Assembly: GCF_902459465.1 (NCBI RefSeq)
Contig: NC_047066.1
Span: forward strand, 20,088,001-20,152,000
Origin: Asterias rubens
Lineage: Eukaryota
DNA length: 64,000 nt
Direction: 5' to 3'
Under the pieces are notes generated by a model. The model did no database searches. It was not told the DNA's origin and was given only the letters and a program-made list of their open reading frames with translations. Positions within the stretch are counted from its first letter, which is position 1. Every line of letters starts with the position of its first letter. Positions 63,292-64,000 of the stretch are shown in pieces. The translations under genes and the position numbers were made by a program.

Positions 63292-64000
63292 TGTGTATAA
63301 TATTCTATAAGTAAATCAGGCAAGAAGTAACTATGACACATAAAGCTTGCAGGTTCATTTGTATTGTAAGTCTCTTTTGGAAAGAGTGTTGGCTCTGAAA
63401 AGAGCCATCGGAATGGTTGCACCATTTTAGAACAACGAAATGTTACCCGCACCATGCAAAGTTTCAAACGTCACTCAATGTCACTCACAGAAAAATAACG
63501 CCAACTGTGGAGAAAGGCCAGTGTATGTATTACAGTTATACATGCTATTACTTGACTGAGGTTTGGTTTTTGAAGTGGTCTCCATCTATTTATCAGCAAT
63601 AGCATGGACAGTGCCCTCTATAGTTTGTATTCATAGCTCAGACACTCAACAGCAATGGTAACTTTATAAACCAACACATTTTGAAATGTTTGTCTTTCGT
63701 TCATGTCTGTAAAGACCCCTTCAATACATACATATCATTAGCAGAATTTCCCTTGTTATTATTAGAGTCTCAGCTAGGTCAGGCCTATATAAAACAAAGA
63801 CAGTCTACTTGAATATCGCTGTCATGTCCCCCCCCCCCCAGCTACCAACCTTAATCGTATGTCATTAACACAACATTATTTATTATGATAGATTCAACTC
63901 CCTCATCTGCTTGCATCTCCGAACAAGCTCCCCCATAAGCCACAGACCTTTATCATATGTCATAAACACAACATAGGTTATTATGCTTACTAATAAGGTG

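Overview
AT-rich, intron-containing animal genomic DNA. The repeat families and gene style suggest an invertebrate deuterostome, possibly a sea star (inference only). Three genes are supported, all in the first 21 kb: the last five coding exons of AKAP10/D-AKAP2 (+, 3075-5631); a complete delta-tubulin TUBD1 with two coding exons (-, 9343-10896, 456 aa), convergent with AKAP10; and an unidentified 1315-aa low-complexity ORF with basic NLS-like clusters (+, 16437-20384). No coding exon could be recognised in the remaining ~43 kb, which is filled with tRNA-derived SINEs, several MITE families (TTAA/Kolobok-like, CWG/Harbinger-like, CAGG/hAT-like, fold-back), L2-type LINE ends and a decayed hAT transposase fragment. 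The most striking structure lies in an AKAP10 intron: about 19 tandem copies of a 69-bp tRNA-like A-box/B-box unit (121-2985), split by a 1541-bp non-autonomous hAT-type element with an exact 8-bp target-site duplication. A second DNA transposon, at 40717, also sits in the A box of a tRNA-like SINE. Other oddities are a 5'-inverted SINE with a 12-bp TSD, degenerate hammerhead-like motifs, a 50-bp hairpin minisatellite and a perfect 38-bp-arm palindrome. No database searches were run; family names come from motif recall.
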